DNA of 64,000 nucleotides. It comes from Setoptus koraiensis (taxonomy: Eukaryota; Animalia; Arthropoda). Position numbers and translations under genes: made by a program. The notes beneath the pieces were generated by a model. The model did no database searches. It was not told where the DNA came from and was given only the letters and a program-made list of their open reading frames with translations. The stretch is from positions 15,996,001-16,060,000 of the forward strand of contig CM106585.1 of assembly GCA_048013815.1 (NCBI GenBank), given 5' to 3'. Every line of letters begins with the position of its first letter. The first letter of the stretch is position 1. This document shows positions 48,401 through 60,284 of the stretch, piece after piece.

Positions 48401-48547
48401 GAGATACCCAGAAAAGTGATTTTATTACCTGATGAATGGACAGCGGAAACGGGTTTAGTTACTGCAGCACTTAAAATACGCCGTGCATTCATTTATAAAC
48501 GTTATGAGTCCACTTTTGAGGAGCTTTACAAGCAACAATCAAGCTAG
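45461..48547 (+). CDS. ACSL4: Long-chain fatty acyl-CoA ligase, ACSL3/4 type, single 3.1-kb coding exon (1,028 aa)
   Basis: AMP-binding [88 protein letters not shown] at 48561. ACSL3 versus ACSL4 cannot be resolved. Confidence 0.95.
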   Translation: [1028 protein letters not shown]

Positions 48548-51500
48548 AAGTAAAATGATCAATAAACCTATTGCTTGCGCATACACTACATACACAATCG
48601 TCATTTCTAAAACTATCCTAATCTGGTCATGCGGTTCAAGAAATCTCCACCAACCCGTTCAATTTTTATCTTCTGAGTGCTCCATTAAGCAGCGACAGCA
48701 GCAATTTGATGATGTTTAATGTGAATTGGAGGAATGTACCACTGATTATAATAATAATAATAATGATAATTTAATCCATTTTGTGTACTATCAACAACAA
48801 CATTAATAAGTCTTGTAGAGGGTCAGCTTGCATAGCATAGTCCTCTCACAAGCTTTATCATCGCATCCAGTTGATATAGGAAATGTGGTCTGCGTCTTTG
48901 CTAGATTGATAAGCTTGCCAACTTGGTTAACATATAAATATATGTATACATAAACAGCAACTACTACAGTTGATCCCTTCAAGGCAGAACAGTTTTCTAT
49001 CAACGGGGAAGAGAACTTCAAATTTTGGCCTTTAACCTTTTTTAAGTCAACCATTGAATGGGCAGCCAGAATGACCCTCACGCTTAATTTTTGATCGCTG
49101 TGTTTTTTCGGTTGTGACGTCATTTGGTTTGATTCAAGATGAGATGAGATTCATCATCGATGATCATCACGATAATTAGATATGATTGATTTTAATGTTT
49201 GAGCCTTCTCTTTCTTTCTCTCTCTCTCAATTTATCTCACACAAGCATACATTCTGTTAACGTTTGGATAATGCGATCAACAATAATAAAACAGGACTGA
49301 TTTCGTAGTAATAGTGATCCTTTTTTGATATGCTTAATTAAACAGCCTTCCATTGATTCGACCGCTATTATCGCACAACTGTTTTGTAATTATACCGTCA
49401 GCTATCAGGACCACGCCACTTTTGACAGAACAAAGATAATCGCTACTTGTACTATTTTGGTTGGTCTTTTAGCTGGTGGTTAGTTGTTAGGTAGATAGAG
49501 AAGGAGAGAGAGACCAGCGAAGGGTATACAGCGAGATGATAATATCGACAAATTTTGCCAAGTGTAGAGTTTAGACTAGGCATTGGCACTGGTACTAACA
49601 AGCTGTGTGTCAAAAAGCAACAAAAAGAAGTGGACCGACAACACAAATCGCATGGCATATCATTATTAGTAATGGCGAGCGATCAACAGGTTGGCCTTCA
49701 AGAAAGTATAGGCAAAAGAGAGACAACTGTCTATCTTATGCAGTTTGTATATAAGTCCGAGCAACCACTGACTGAGCGACCAACTTTCACCAGACGCCCC
49801 TGTCCTTAATATCAGTGCAACTACACCGCTATCACAATCAATACGGCTATCATTACAACTACCGTTATTTTTGTATATTATTTAACCGGCTACTTAAAAA
49901 AACATTCATGTTGATCAATGAATTCTCTTGCGCGCTTCGTTTCATGCATACAAATATTGTTGTTACCTTGATTGTTATTGTTAATCTTGCTTTTATTGCA
50001 GAAGAAAGGCTACTACTGTTACTACTTTTGAAAGGGACAGTGGAAATAGAGAGAGAGAGAGAGACAATTTGAACATTAATCTAGTTAAACATCCACCAGT
50101 GTGCAGTTAAAAAGAAATAAAGATGTTTACATATTTCGAAGATACTGCTGAGATGCTAATTATCAACTGTATACTATCACAATCAGTTTGTATGCAAGAA
50201 ATGTCGTTGGTCTTGGCTACAGTACTCACTTATTTATATGTATGCAGACATCAAACTTAGTAATTCAATTGTACACAATTCACAATGGCCCACGAATGAG
50301 AAGCAATTACACGAACACATATAAGCATTGCGAGAATAAAAACAAATCTCCTACAATTAAATCACCAATTTCTGGTAGGAAAAGCGCTCATTATTATTAT
50401 TTGTGGCAGTGAGAGAAATGGCCGAACAGCATGCTCGCAGCAGTGAACCATGAGGCTAAAACTTGTTCGTTTGTTCTCTTGCTGTTTGAGCTCTGCTTGA
50501 GCATCTTGTCGAGATATCATTCGCCAGATTCTTATCAAATTATTTCTGACATGCAGCGCCAAAGGTTTGCGCTGGCCCAACAAATTGTAAGCCGGAAAGT
50601 TTCAATATGCAACTCTTAGACTGTTCACCATTATCCACTCGCGCTGATTTTACAGTCCCCTTGCGGCACACTCTCTATCGCTCGAACCGGGTCGTTTCCC
50701 TGAGCATTCACATTGTTTCGTTGGAATACCGAAAAAGAAAAAAAAGTTGAGAAAGTTTCGAGAAATAGCGCCCTCGGCGTGCAGTTTTTTAGTGGCGCCA
50801 GTGAGCGTTCGTGAGCTGTTTGCGGAGGCTGTGGAGATTTTTTGTTTTGGCACAATAGTGGACTGATGTCAAAACTTGCCCACCACCAGCACCACCACGG
50901 AAAAGATTGATTGCATGTGGCTTGCACGCTTGTTTCACGGCGACATGTTGCACATGTTTGGACCGGCCCAGTTCGCCAATACGTCAAGACAACAAGGCGT
51001 TTGCGCAGAAGTGTGGAATTGATGGAAATAACGGTGAAAAACTAGCCAGCACAATAGAAAAAGGAGCACACAATGTGTGCCGATTGTTTGCCGAGACAAA
51101 CTGAATTTAATCAATGTGGATCTTGCGGTTGACACTAGCGACTAGTGAATGCAATGAGATGGTTGCGTCGATTAGTGAGTCGCGCGGGCCAATGTGTTAT
51201 CATCGTTTGCATACTTGTGATTAGGCCTAGTGCGCCATGTCGCTAATGAGCGACTTACTGGATCGTGGTGCTAAGCTTATGATAGCTGCTAATTGGCTAA
51301 TTTCGATTGGAGAGTGGGTTAAATTTGGTGATCACTGCATTTGCAGAACAGTGACACACTTTGTATGCACAGTGCACTAGGCACTTGGCTGTGGAGAGTT
51401 TCAGTTGGCGAGCACGTGATCCCATTTACACACTACTGTTGTTGTGACACTTGTTGCTGTTGCTGTTACTGTTGTTGGTCTGGCGCGCTATGCATACATC

Positions 51501-52390
51501 ATGAGATGATTTACATTTGAATTTATTTACAAATCATTCGCTCACATTCGTGTGAGCGTTGTCTGATGATCGGGCCAGATAAGCAAGCTCCGTCGTGTGC
51601 CTTGTCGTCTATTGTCTAATCGTTGTTTAATCAACAGCGACAACAATCAACAGCGACAACAATCCACGACAGCGGCCGACAGTCAACAAGCCCGCACGCA
51701 TGCCCTTACCCCGTATCCAGCGTGCAGTGTGACACATGTCAGACGTATGACTTTTGCGAGACACTCTGGCTAGCCAAGGCGGCTGGCTAGCCGCCTCGCC
51801 AACATGCCACCCTAATGATGGAATAACAACACTGCAGTGTGTGACAAATGTAACTTTCCACAAACATGGCCGAAATGTATCATCTCATTTTGTGCTGCAT
51901 TGTCGATCGCAAATGGCGATTTGCTGGCACAATGGCCATTGCTGGCCCAACAACCGGCGGCTAGACAGCGCCGCAGAATTCCATTGACAAAAGTAACAGT
52001 TACGCCAGCCACCGGATGCAGGCCGGTGTGAGCGGGCGGCTCACCGACCAAACTGGCGCTGCGGGCCGGCCGCTAGCGGGCCGGCCATCGCAGGCTCGAC
52101 GGGCTCGACGCGCTCGGCGGCAGGCCGCGGATGTTGCGCGGCTCACCTTGACCTTTGGCGTCAGCGAGTCGCCAGCCTGCTGGCGCTATCCAGTCAATAA
52201 TTACGCTGCTGCGATGATGCAGTGGCTCCGACCGACGTCACTAGTCAATGTTGAGGGAGCCAATGTTAATGTTTCGCCAGTTTAATTAACGCTCGCTCGG
52301 CAGCAACAACAAATCGAGTTTGAGCAGCGCTTGTGGCCGCTCAAAACTCGCTGCATCCGTGCATACGCGCATTGATTTCGTTTGCCGCAC

Positions 52391-52452
<62 letters not shown>

Positions 52453-52453
52453 G
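52391..52453. repeat. Perfect (TTG)21 microsatellite
   Basis: 63 bp of uninterrupted ttg. Confidence 0.97.
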
Positions 52454-53664
52454 CGGAAGAGCGCGGCCTTGCAACAGTTACTCGCCGGCTCACATTGCAT
52501 GTGAGCGTTGCGTCATAGCCGCCAGTGGCGACCAGTGACTCAAGGCTTGACCTTATCTCATGCCAACGAGACGACCAGTGAGCCTTGGTCATGCTTCACA
52601 TGATGCTTTATATGATCGCCAGGTGAGTTAAGTTATCGGTTGTTTGCCCGATCGCTCGCTCGCTCGCTGGCAATCATAATGATAATAATAGTAATGGGCA
52701 AACTTTCGCGCCTGACCTTTGGCCGACGCTGCTCATGCGCTGCGCTCGCCACAAGCTCGCCAGCAGCGTCGCCACAAGCTCGCCAGCGGCGTCGCATGTG
52801 AGCGGCGCCAACAAAAACTTCCGGTTTGCAGGCTGACAGGCGGCAAGTAGAAATAGCATCAACGCTGTTTGCCAATGGTTGTTGCCGGTATTCACAGGCA
52901 GCCACAGCGCAGGCCTCCGTTCAATCATGGAATTTCAATGGAGTCCATTGTGGTTCACGGGCATGATTACATCGATTATATTGATTATATTGATTGTGGT
53001 TGCAGACAATTTTGTGATGGCAGGCAATTTCGAGTTGCACCAAGTGTGTGTGTGTGTGTGACATTATCGCGAGATTGGGCGCCATTTAAACGCAAAACTC
53101 TTGCGGCAAGAGCGTTCAAAATTGATGAGATTGGCAACAGGTTGACACACGAGGCCACGCTTCTTCTGTTGCCCGTGAATACCCGCGAATCGCCGCGATA
53201 GTCGCGATCAATGTTGGGCCTTTTGTTGTACCAACGTCACATGATTTTGGTCGATGGTTCGGCGTGGTTGCTGCTTCTGTCGCTGCGAGCCTCCACTAAC
53301 CTGTTTGCGCCTGGCTACACGCTGCATCCAATGCAACCCTGCATGCAAACGAAACGAAGCTGCCAGCCGAATTCGTATGCAAAAGTTGCGACAACGTTGC
53401 AAAAGCGTCGATGCTCCTTGCGAGACTCTGCCGAGCGAGCGCATAATTAAAACAGGTTGGCTTCGTTGGCGTATCATCAACTGCGAACTGGCATGCCGAT
53501 ACCAACAGGTAAGAATTGCGAGAATCATCACGCGTCGCAGCGTATCTTGCAGGAACACAATATGGAAAGTTTATCGCAAGCAAGGCGATTTAATTATTTA
53601 AAACAGCGCACAGGCGTGCCTTGTTGGTTGGTGCGCTAATTAATATTAATTTTGCTGCTCAAAT

Positions 53665-53762
53665 GCAAACAAACAACAAACAGACGAACAAACAGACAGA
53701 CAGACAGACAAACAAGCAAGCAAGCAAACAAACAAACAAACAACAAACAACAAGCAACAAGT
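53665..53762. repeat. Compound tetranucleotide microsatellite (CAAA/CAGA/CAAG)
   Basis: caaacaaacaacaaacagacgaacaaacagacagacagacagacaaacaagcaagcaagcaaacaaacaaac. Confidence 0.9.
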
Positions 53763-56700
53763 TGGCAACAATTTACAGCTTCCATGCGGCGAGCGTCTGC
53801 AAAAGTATCACGTCGTCATTTTACATCGGATCGTGTGGCTCACTCAAAGCTAACTTGGGCAATGTCTTGGTTCGGAATGTAGGGGGGATTTCGGAGAGGC
53901 TTCTGTGAAAATTTTGTGCATCTAGGCATCATAATAAGCGACCAAAGCCAGAAATAGTGAGTGATTTCTTGTTTGGAGAAAAGTGCGCCAAAGTGTTGCG
54001 CTGTCGCAGTTCATTTGTCCACCAACTGCACGCACTAATTAGCTGTTGCAACTGCACCGACTGGTGGCCAGGTGCAGAACTAACTTTCGGCATCATGTCA
54101 GTTTCGGCATCATGTCAGTACCACTGACGCGATGAATGCAAGTTTGTTGTATCAAGTTGCCATATATTATGGTTACTGTTGCGACGCGCCAAATCAGCAG
54201 CATCATATTTTGTATATGACCATAAATAATACGATACAAAAAACTTCAAGAGTCGATAAACTTTTTATCAACTCTCTCTTGACTGTCGTAGCTCGGGCTG
54301 ACTGATTCTTGGCAATTCAAGATGATATTTCAATATGAAATGCAAAATGAAAGAATAATAATAAAATGAAAAATTGGTTATCTACTTGAGATAATCAATT
54401 GGCACGTTGTCGCCCGTATTGTGCAGTAGGTGTCGCAGCTCGTTCGCTGGCATGTTCATACGAGCACATCCGGCAGCAAACAGAGGCCACCGTGATGCCA
54501 TCACGATAAACAAATCCCCAGCCAAACGATAAGCAAGCGAGTGACAGGTGGAGAGACAGGTTTCGACACGAGTGCTAGCAATGCCGCGACCTCTAAAATC
54601 TGCCGCTTGCATCCCTTGGCCACCTCATGAGCCATCGTCTCCTGCTGCGCCAACGCATTACTATATGGAAATTACCCATCGCGATGACGCTTGCAACTGC
54701 AGCTAATTAATAATGTCAACAATAAACATCTACATACACATAGAAATAAATATAATAATATAATATATGAATGCACGCCGACCAACAAGTGCCTACATTA
54801 CCGAGTGACGTGCCCGTGTCTGAGTGATGGGCTCACCTGAGCGCGACCCTGTTGCATTCTTCGAGAACCCGCGAGCACCTGCGACAACTGAAACGGAAAC
54901 CCAAACTCAGACCCAAACCGAAACCCAAACCTCAACCGCAGCTCAAACTCAAACTGACCGAGTGACATCATTTTGCCCGTCGGGCACGCAGCAGACGCGT
55001 CAGAAATATTGACACGATGACCATTTCTTGTGACATTATCAATGGGGCGCCTCTTCCGATGCGACACAGCGCTCAAATTGCAACAACTGTCAATAAGTCA
55101 GTAATTACAGCAAAATTAGTAAATGCCACGAGCTACACAATACGACGCAATGTATCAATTGAGTTTACTTAATAACTGTTCAGCACTCGATAGCGTCATC
55201 ATCTTCATCTTTTCCTGGTTCGCCCTCTATCGCTATCTCTGTCTGTTTTGTGTGTACGTGTCCAAGAGTTTGCATCAAGGTTAACCAGTTTATCCAACCA
55301 ATGTCTATGTTCAGTTGGTGCACGTTGACAATTGTCGTCGTCACTTATTTGTTGCCACTTATTGCGATGCCTTTCCTTCCTCTTAATTTTCGTCGGGATC
55401 ACAGCGTCAGATGTGGCAAATTTTAAAAAAGTTAGCGCTAATATATTGTATTAATATTAATATAACAACGTTTGCGTCAATACAACTGACAACTGACTAC
55501 ATTCAGTCAATGTTGTGCCAATAGTGTCTTGCTACTTGCAAATTGCAACAGCTCACCATTTTGTTGACACGTAGACCCGTCGCTGTCTAACGAGCGCTGT
55601 GAGCCCGCTATCTGGAGCTGTCTGCCTTTAAATACAAAAGTCCAACAAAAACGACGATAAACAGCCAGATAAAGCTTGTGAGAGAGAGAGAGAAAGTCGC
55701 CAATTTTATACACGGCACCGTCATCGTCGTCACAGCTGTAAATCATCTCTTTCACATTGGCTACACAGTACAGTATGTCAAATTGACTGACGTGATTACC
55801 AAAACGTGTCTGTTGCCGTTATCGACCAAAGTTCAATTGGCCATTTGATCATCTTATACGCCAATTATGCCATCAGCCAATTCACATTACGAGTTATTAA
55901 CGCTAGTCAATAGTCGACGTGAATGGTATAATTTTGTAATAATAATTTCATAATAACCAGACATTTTAGTTTGTTTACACTATGTTCCCTCACTATTGTT
56001 GCGCAATCCATTTACGTTAAACGCTCTCGCTGCCAACCATCACAAATGTCATTCTGCTGTCTCCGGTGATTCCGGCCCGACGCAACGCTCTCCTTTGTTC
56101 GGCCAATAGGTCAATCAACACAATGATGGATTTTGTTGAAGATTTTCGTCGTGTTTATTGCTAGCCACCGCTACAATAATTACCATTGATTGGGAATCCC
56201 AATTTGGGATATATGAATGATATATGCTGAATGAGCGATATCGATCAGATGAGATGTTTCCTGTGGCACCAGTTGTTACATTTGAACCAGCGATGTTGAA
56301 TGCAATGCTGAATGCCTTGAGCATCCGTGGATGATTGATTGAGAATTTAATTACTTAATGAACACATCGGATAAATGCCAAGTTTATTGATTGCAAATTG
56401 CTGATGTAAGTGTGCTCAATGGTAAACTTGTCGTCGGTGGGCGCAAGAAAGAAGCGGCTCAGTGACAGTTTGTTCATGGTTCAGTTACAAACGAACATTG
56501 TATCAAGTTTTTTTAGTATCGTCATTAGTCTGTCTGACGCGCAATCACAACACGTTAATTACCAACTAGACTAATGATGTTTGTCTCAGAATGCAATCGA
56601 TTGATCGCTGTCTGGCTGGCAAATAGCAGTAGCATCAACAATCCCGACAGAGAGCAGCTCCTTTGTTGTTTGTCTTGCGTCAACCAAGAAACAATTGCGC

Positions 56701-58641
56701 AACAAACTAATACATGTAAATCGATTTAGTGGGCTCTGATGTAATAATCATCATGTACACCGTTTTAATGACGAGCACTGTCTCCAATGATAAACATGGA
56801 AACACTTGACGATTCATAAGCTCAAAAGTCTATGATTCGATTTGCCATATTATGAGAGCCAGCAATTGAGTTGAGTCAGGTGAATAGGGCTCATTGGAGT
56901 CGACCAGATATAGATAGCTTTTGAGGGATCAGACTACAACTTGTCCACAGTGACAATCAGGGACATGTGATCTGTCAAAAGTAAACAAGTGCAATGCTGA
57001 GAGGACGTGAGGACCCAATGACAAGTCTACATGGACTTGGTGAACTTTAGGCTCGTTTGCAGCAACGTGATTCAGTCGAATATTCAGCTTGCCTTCGCGG
57101 GCGGCTCATGTGTGCCGACATCAAATAGTTGCAGCAAGGATATCGCTGTCAGCAATGCCCATATATTGCCACTAGACGCCTATGATTCATTTCGAATGTA
57201 GTTTCCTCTAATTGTTGTTATGTATGTAGCCAACTAACAACTTTTGTGCATCTGTGTCTGAACTGGAAAATACACCAGTCCAGACGCTCAGCTAGACGGA
57301 TTTTCTCATTTGTTCAGCGGGTAAAAGGAAGTGAAAACGAAGAAAATAACACCTTATTTGTCGTGCCAATGTCATTTGCATACACACATGCCCGTGCCAC
57401 ATGCCTTGTTAGAGCCAGTTGCGGCGCACAGTTGAGACATAGTTGAGACACAATTTTGTGACAGTAAATGAGAAATATCTCTCAGGATTCCCAGCAGCCC
57501 TGTTGGGATGTTACTGACCATGTTGTTGCCATCCATCAATTGTGCGAATCAGGCAGGACAAATAGTAGTCCAGTTGTTATGTGCCTACCAGACAGGCCTC
57601 GTGTTTATCTTGGCATCTTGTTAGGTGAACCTTATGTTAATGTTCTCTCTTAAAATGGTAAAGCATCCAAGTGCTACTGTCCTTGGATATTTACGACTTG
57701 GCGCGAGCATAATTTGTTTTTTTTACACTTTCGTTTTTCCCCGTCCAGCCAACTTTCATATTCGTATTGTTCTGTGGCCATCTTTTCTGTTGCACAACGA
57801 CAATGGTAGACATCTATTTCTATTCAATTCACACAAACGAAAAATATATTTGAAGATACCAAGATGCACCACGAAGATGTCATGAGGCGGTCGGTGAAAA
57901 GCTCGTTCCAATAGCTTTGTCAATCAAATGAAATAGAGATGCTCGGGTAACAGTTGAGTTTACATGCCATCCTCAAATTTTGTGTTTGTTTTCCTGATTA
58001 AATTACTTAAGCGACAAACTTCAAGATAGTTTGAAAGTTATTACAGATGCCAATCATTGTCGCTTACATGCAAACCTTGTTCGTCAATGATTGTGTATAG
58101 TGCTGTCATCTGGTGGACAGGTGGCGAGGTGGAACTTATCATAGACGCGGCTTAAAACTTTTAGATACATTAAACTTTGCAACCACCAGATGTCATGTAC
58201 ATCAAGACAGGTTCGTATAGCCACTGACAGGAAGATGAGGGTCTATTTTAGACGCAATCGTACAAAAGATCATAGAAACTGAAACCTATGGAATCGAAAA
58301 CTTGATGTCGATGAAGCAGTCGATGAAAGATCTAGCTTGACTTTTGAGCATAACAATTCTGAGAAATCGACAACTACCCCTCTCGTGACTAATCTGGAGA
58401 AGATTATGCCACAAAAATGTGATTGGTTGAGCGACATGCAGGATGGATTCATATGAGAATCTATTTTAATGACAATAGAACTGTATGCAAAATTTCCAGG
58501 ATACAAAAATGACGGTCATATCATCGCTACAGGTTCCTTTTATTACTACAATAAAACCGATTGCAATATTAAATAACAGATTGTGTCGAGTAAGCAATAA
58601 TCTTGTTACAGATTTATCTAATCAGCAAGTGCAGGCTTATC

Positions 58642-60284
58642 TCACTCGTAAGGTTGTATCATCCAGTTGAATATTAATTCTTTGAATTGATTAGACATAA
58701 ATCGAGGGTCTAAATCGGGAAAGTAATCTTCATAACCAACACTTGCCCCTGTTCCAAAAACGTCCAATACCATTCTATTAATTTGATGCAATCTGTGGTC
58801 GCTTATATTGTCCAAGAACTTCATGTAAGAAGGTCTTACATACTTGGGCTCTAGAGCAAATGTGTATAATATTGTTGCTGCTGAGATAGAGTATATCATG
58901 AGTATGGTAAAATTGAAATAATGAACTTTCTTTTCCTTGGCGGCTTGAAGATAGTACTGTTCAACTGCCTTCCACATAATGTACATACTAATCGAAGAAC
59001 GAGGACTAATTACCATGCTAGAACCAGCAACAAATCCAGAAACTAGAGCGTGCCAATCTTTGTCGTTGCTATTGGAATAATAGCGTAAGCAGCAATGAAC
59101 GAGTCTACCGGACGATACTAATGTTGCCAAGAACAAACCAAACCTCACCGAGCCTGGCGACTTTAAGGCTGACAGAAGGGCTGTTCGAGGATCTCGCACC
59201 AACAGCAAGGGTTTGGAGGACACTTTAAGTAGTGATTGAATGGCATATCCTATCGCAAATCTACTCAACGTAGGACTGAAAATATATTTAAGGCAACCAT
59301 CTTCATGTGGGCAGCTGTGGTGCTTGAACGACAGGAAGTCGAATTTTTGACTTAGATAACATTTGATTTGTTTAGTTAAGTAGAATTCGGAGGCTAAATT
59401 TCGAATTTTATCCACCATAGATATGTTTTGATGTGTGGGACTTGAATCGAGCTGACTGAATAAAACATCACTCTTTGGCACATTAGAACTATCCATACTT
59501 TTGTTGGACATCAGCTCTTCAAGATGGTGGCTAGATTTGTTGTCAGTTGGAAAACGATGCTGGAGTTTTGGAATCGAGCGCGACTTTGCCTCGTCTCTAC
59601 CAATCAGGATCTTGACGATCATACTGATGGGATCATGGCCAAATCCATGCTTCTTTATAAAGTAATACCAGGCTGCAAGACTCGTCGCGAATAACAAAGT
59701 TTCTCCATTCTTTATGGGTTTAAAATACCCTTTATCAACCATCATCCTGAATACGGTTTCTGATGCTAAATTTAGCACATAGAATGCCAGAGCTTGTCTC
59801 CTGGATGGCTTCTCTATTGTGAGAGACATAAGTGAGGAAATTAAGCCAGGAGCACAAACCAACACTCGATAATAGAATCGACCGAATCCTTGTCTGAAAG
59901 CACAACCGATAAGCGTACCATTATAAGCATGAAAGAATATGAATCCAGAAGATCGCAATATTGAAATCAGCGTATCCAAAGATGACTTCAAATCGTATTT
60001 GCGCTGTATTGCAACTTGTGAAAACACATATAACATTACATAAAGTGGCAGTATTTTCATTCCAGCCGCAGCTGACACCTCGAGTGCTGCATCAGTACAA
60101 CTTGGAGTCCTATAATATTAAGAATAATTGTAGATATCATTATTATTGGAAAGTGTTTCATTTATAGAGTCAAGTTTGACCATGTATCTTACCAGGTGTG
60201 TCCCACTTCATAACAGTTGTACCCGAAGGACCATTCAGGTCCTAAGAGCTGTGTGTAAAATTGTTTGCTCAACACTGATGGCAT
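58642..60284 (-). CDS. TMEM135: Transmembrane protein 135 (519 aa)
   Basis: Exon 1 60193-60284 and exon 2 58642-60109; 83-bp phase-2 GT-AG intron. Splicing restores NCYEVGHTW/TPSC; also IEKPSRRQALAFYVLNLASET and YFPDLDPRFM. Confidence 0.93.

Noticed and set aside
52282-52592. Poly-N/Q/T/C/V ORFs in all frames
   Set aside because: All derive from the (TTG)21 microsatellite.
58270-58506. Protein-like open frames on both strands downstream of TMEM135
   Set aside because: No ATG or usable acceptor after the upstream in-frame stop, and no recognisable motif.
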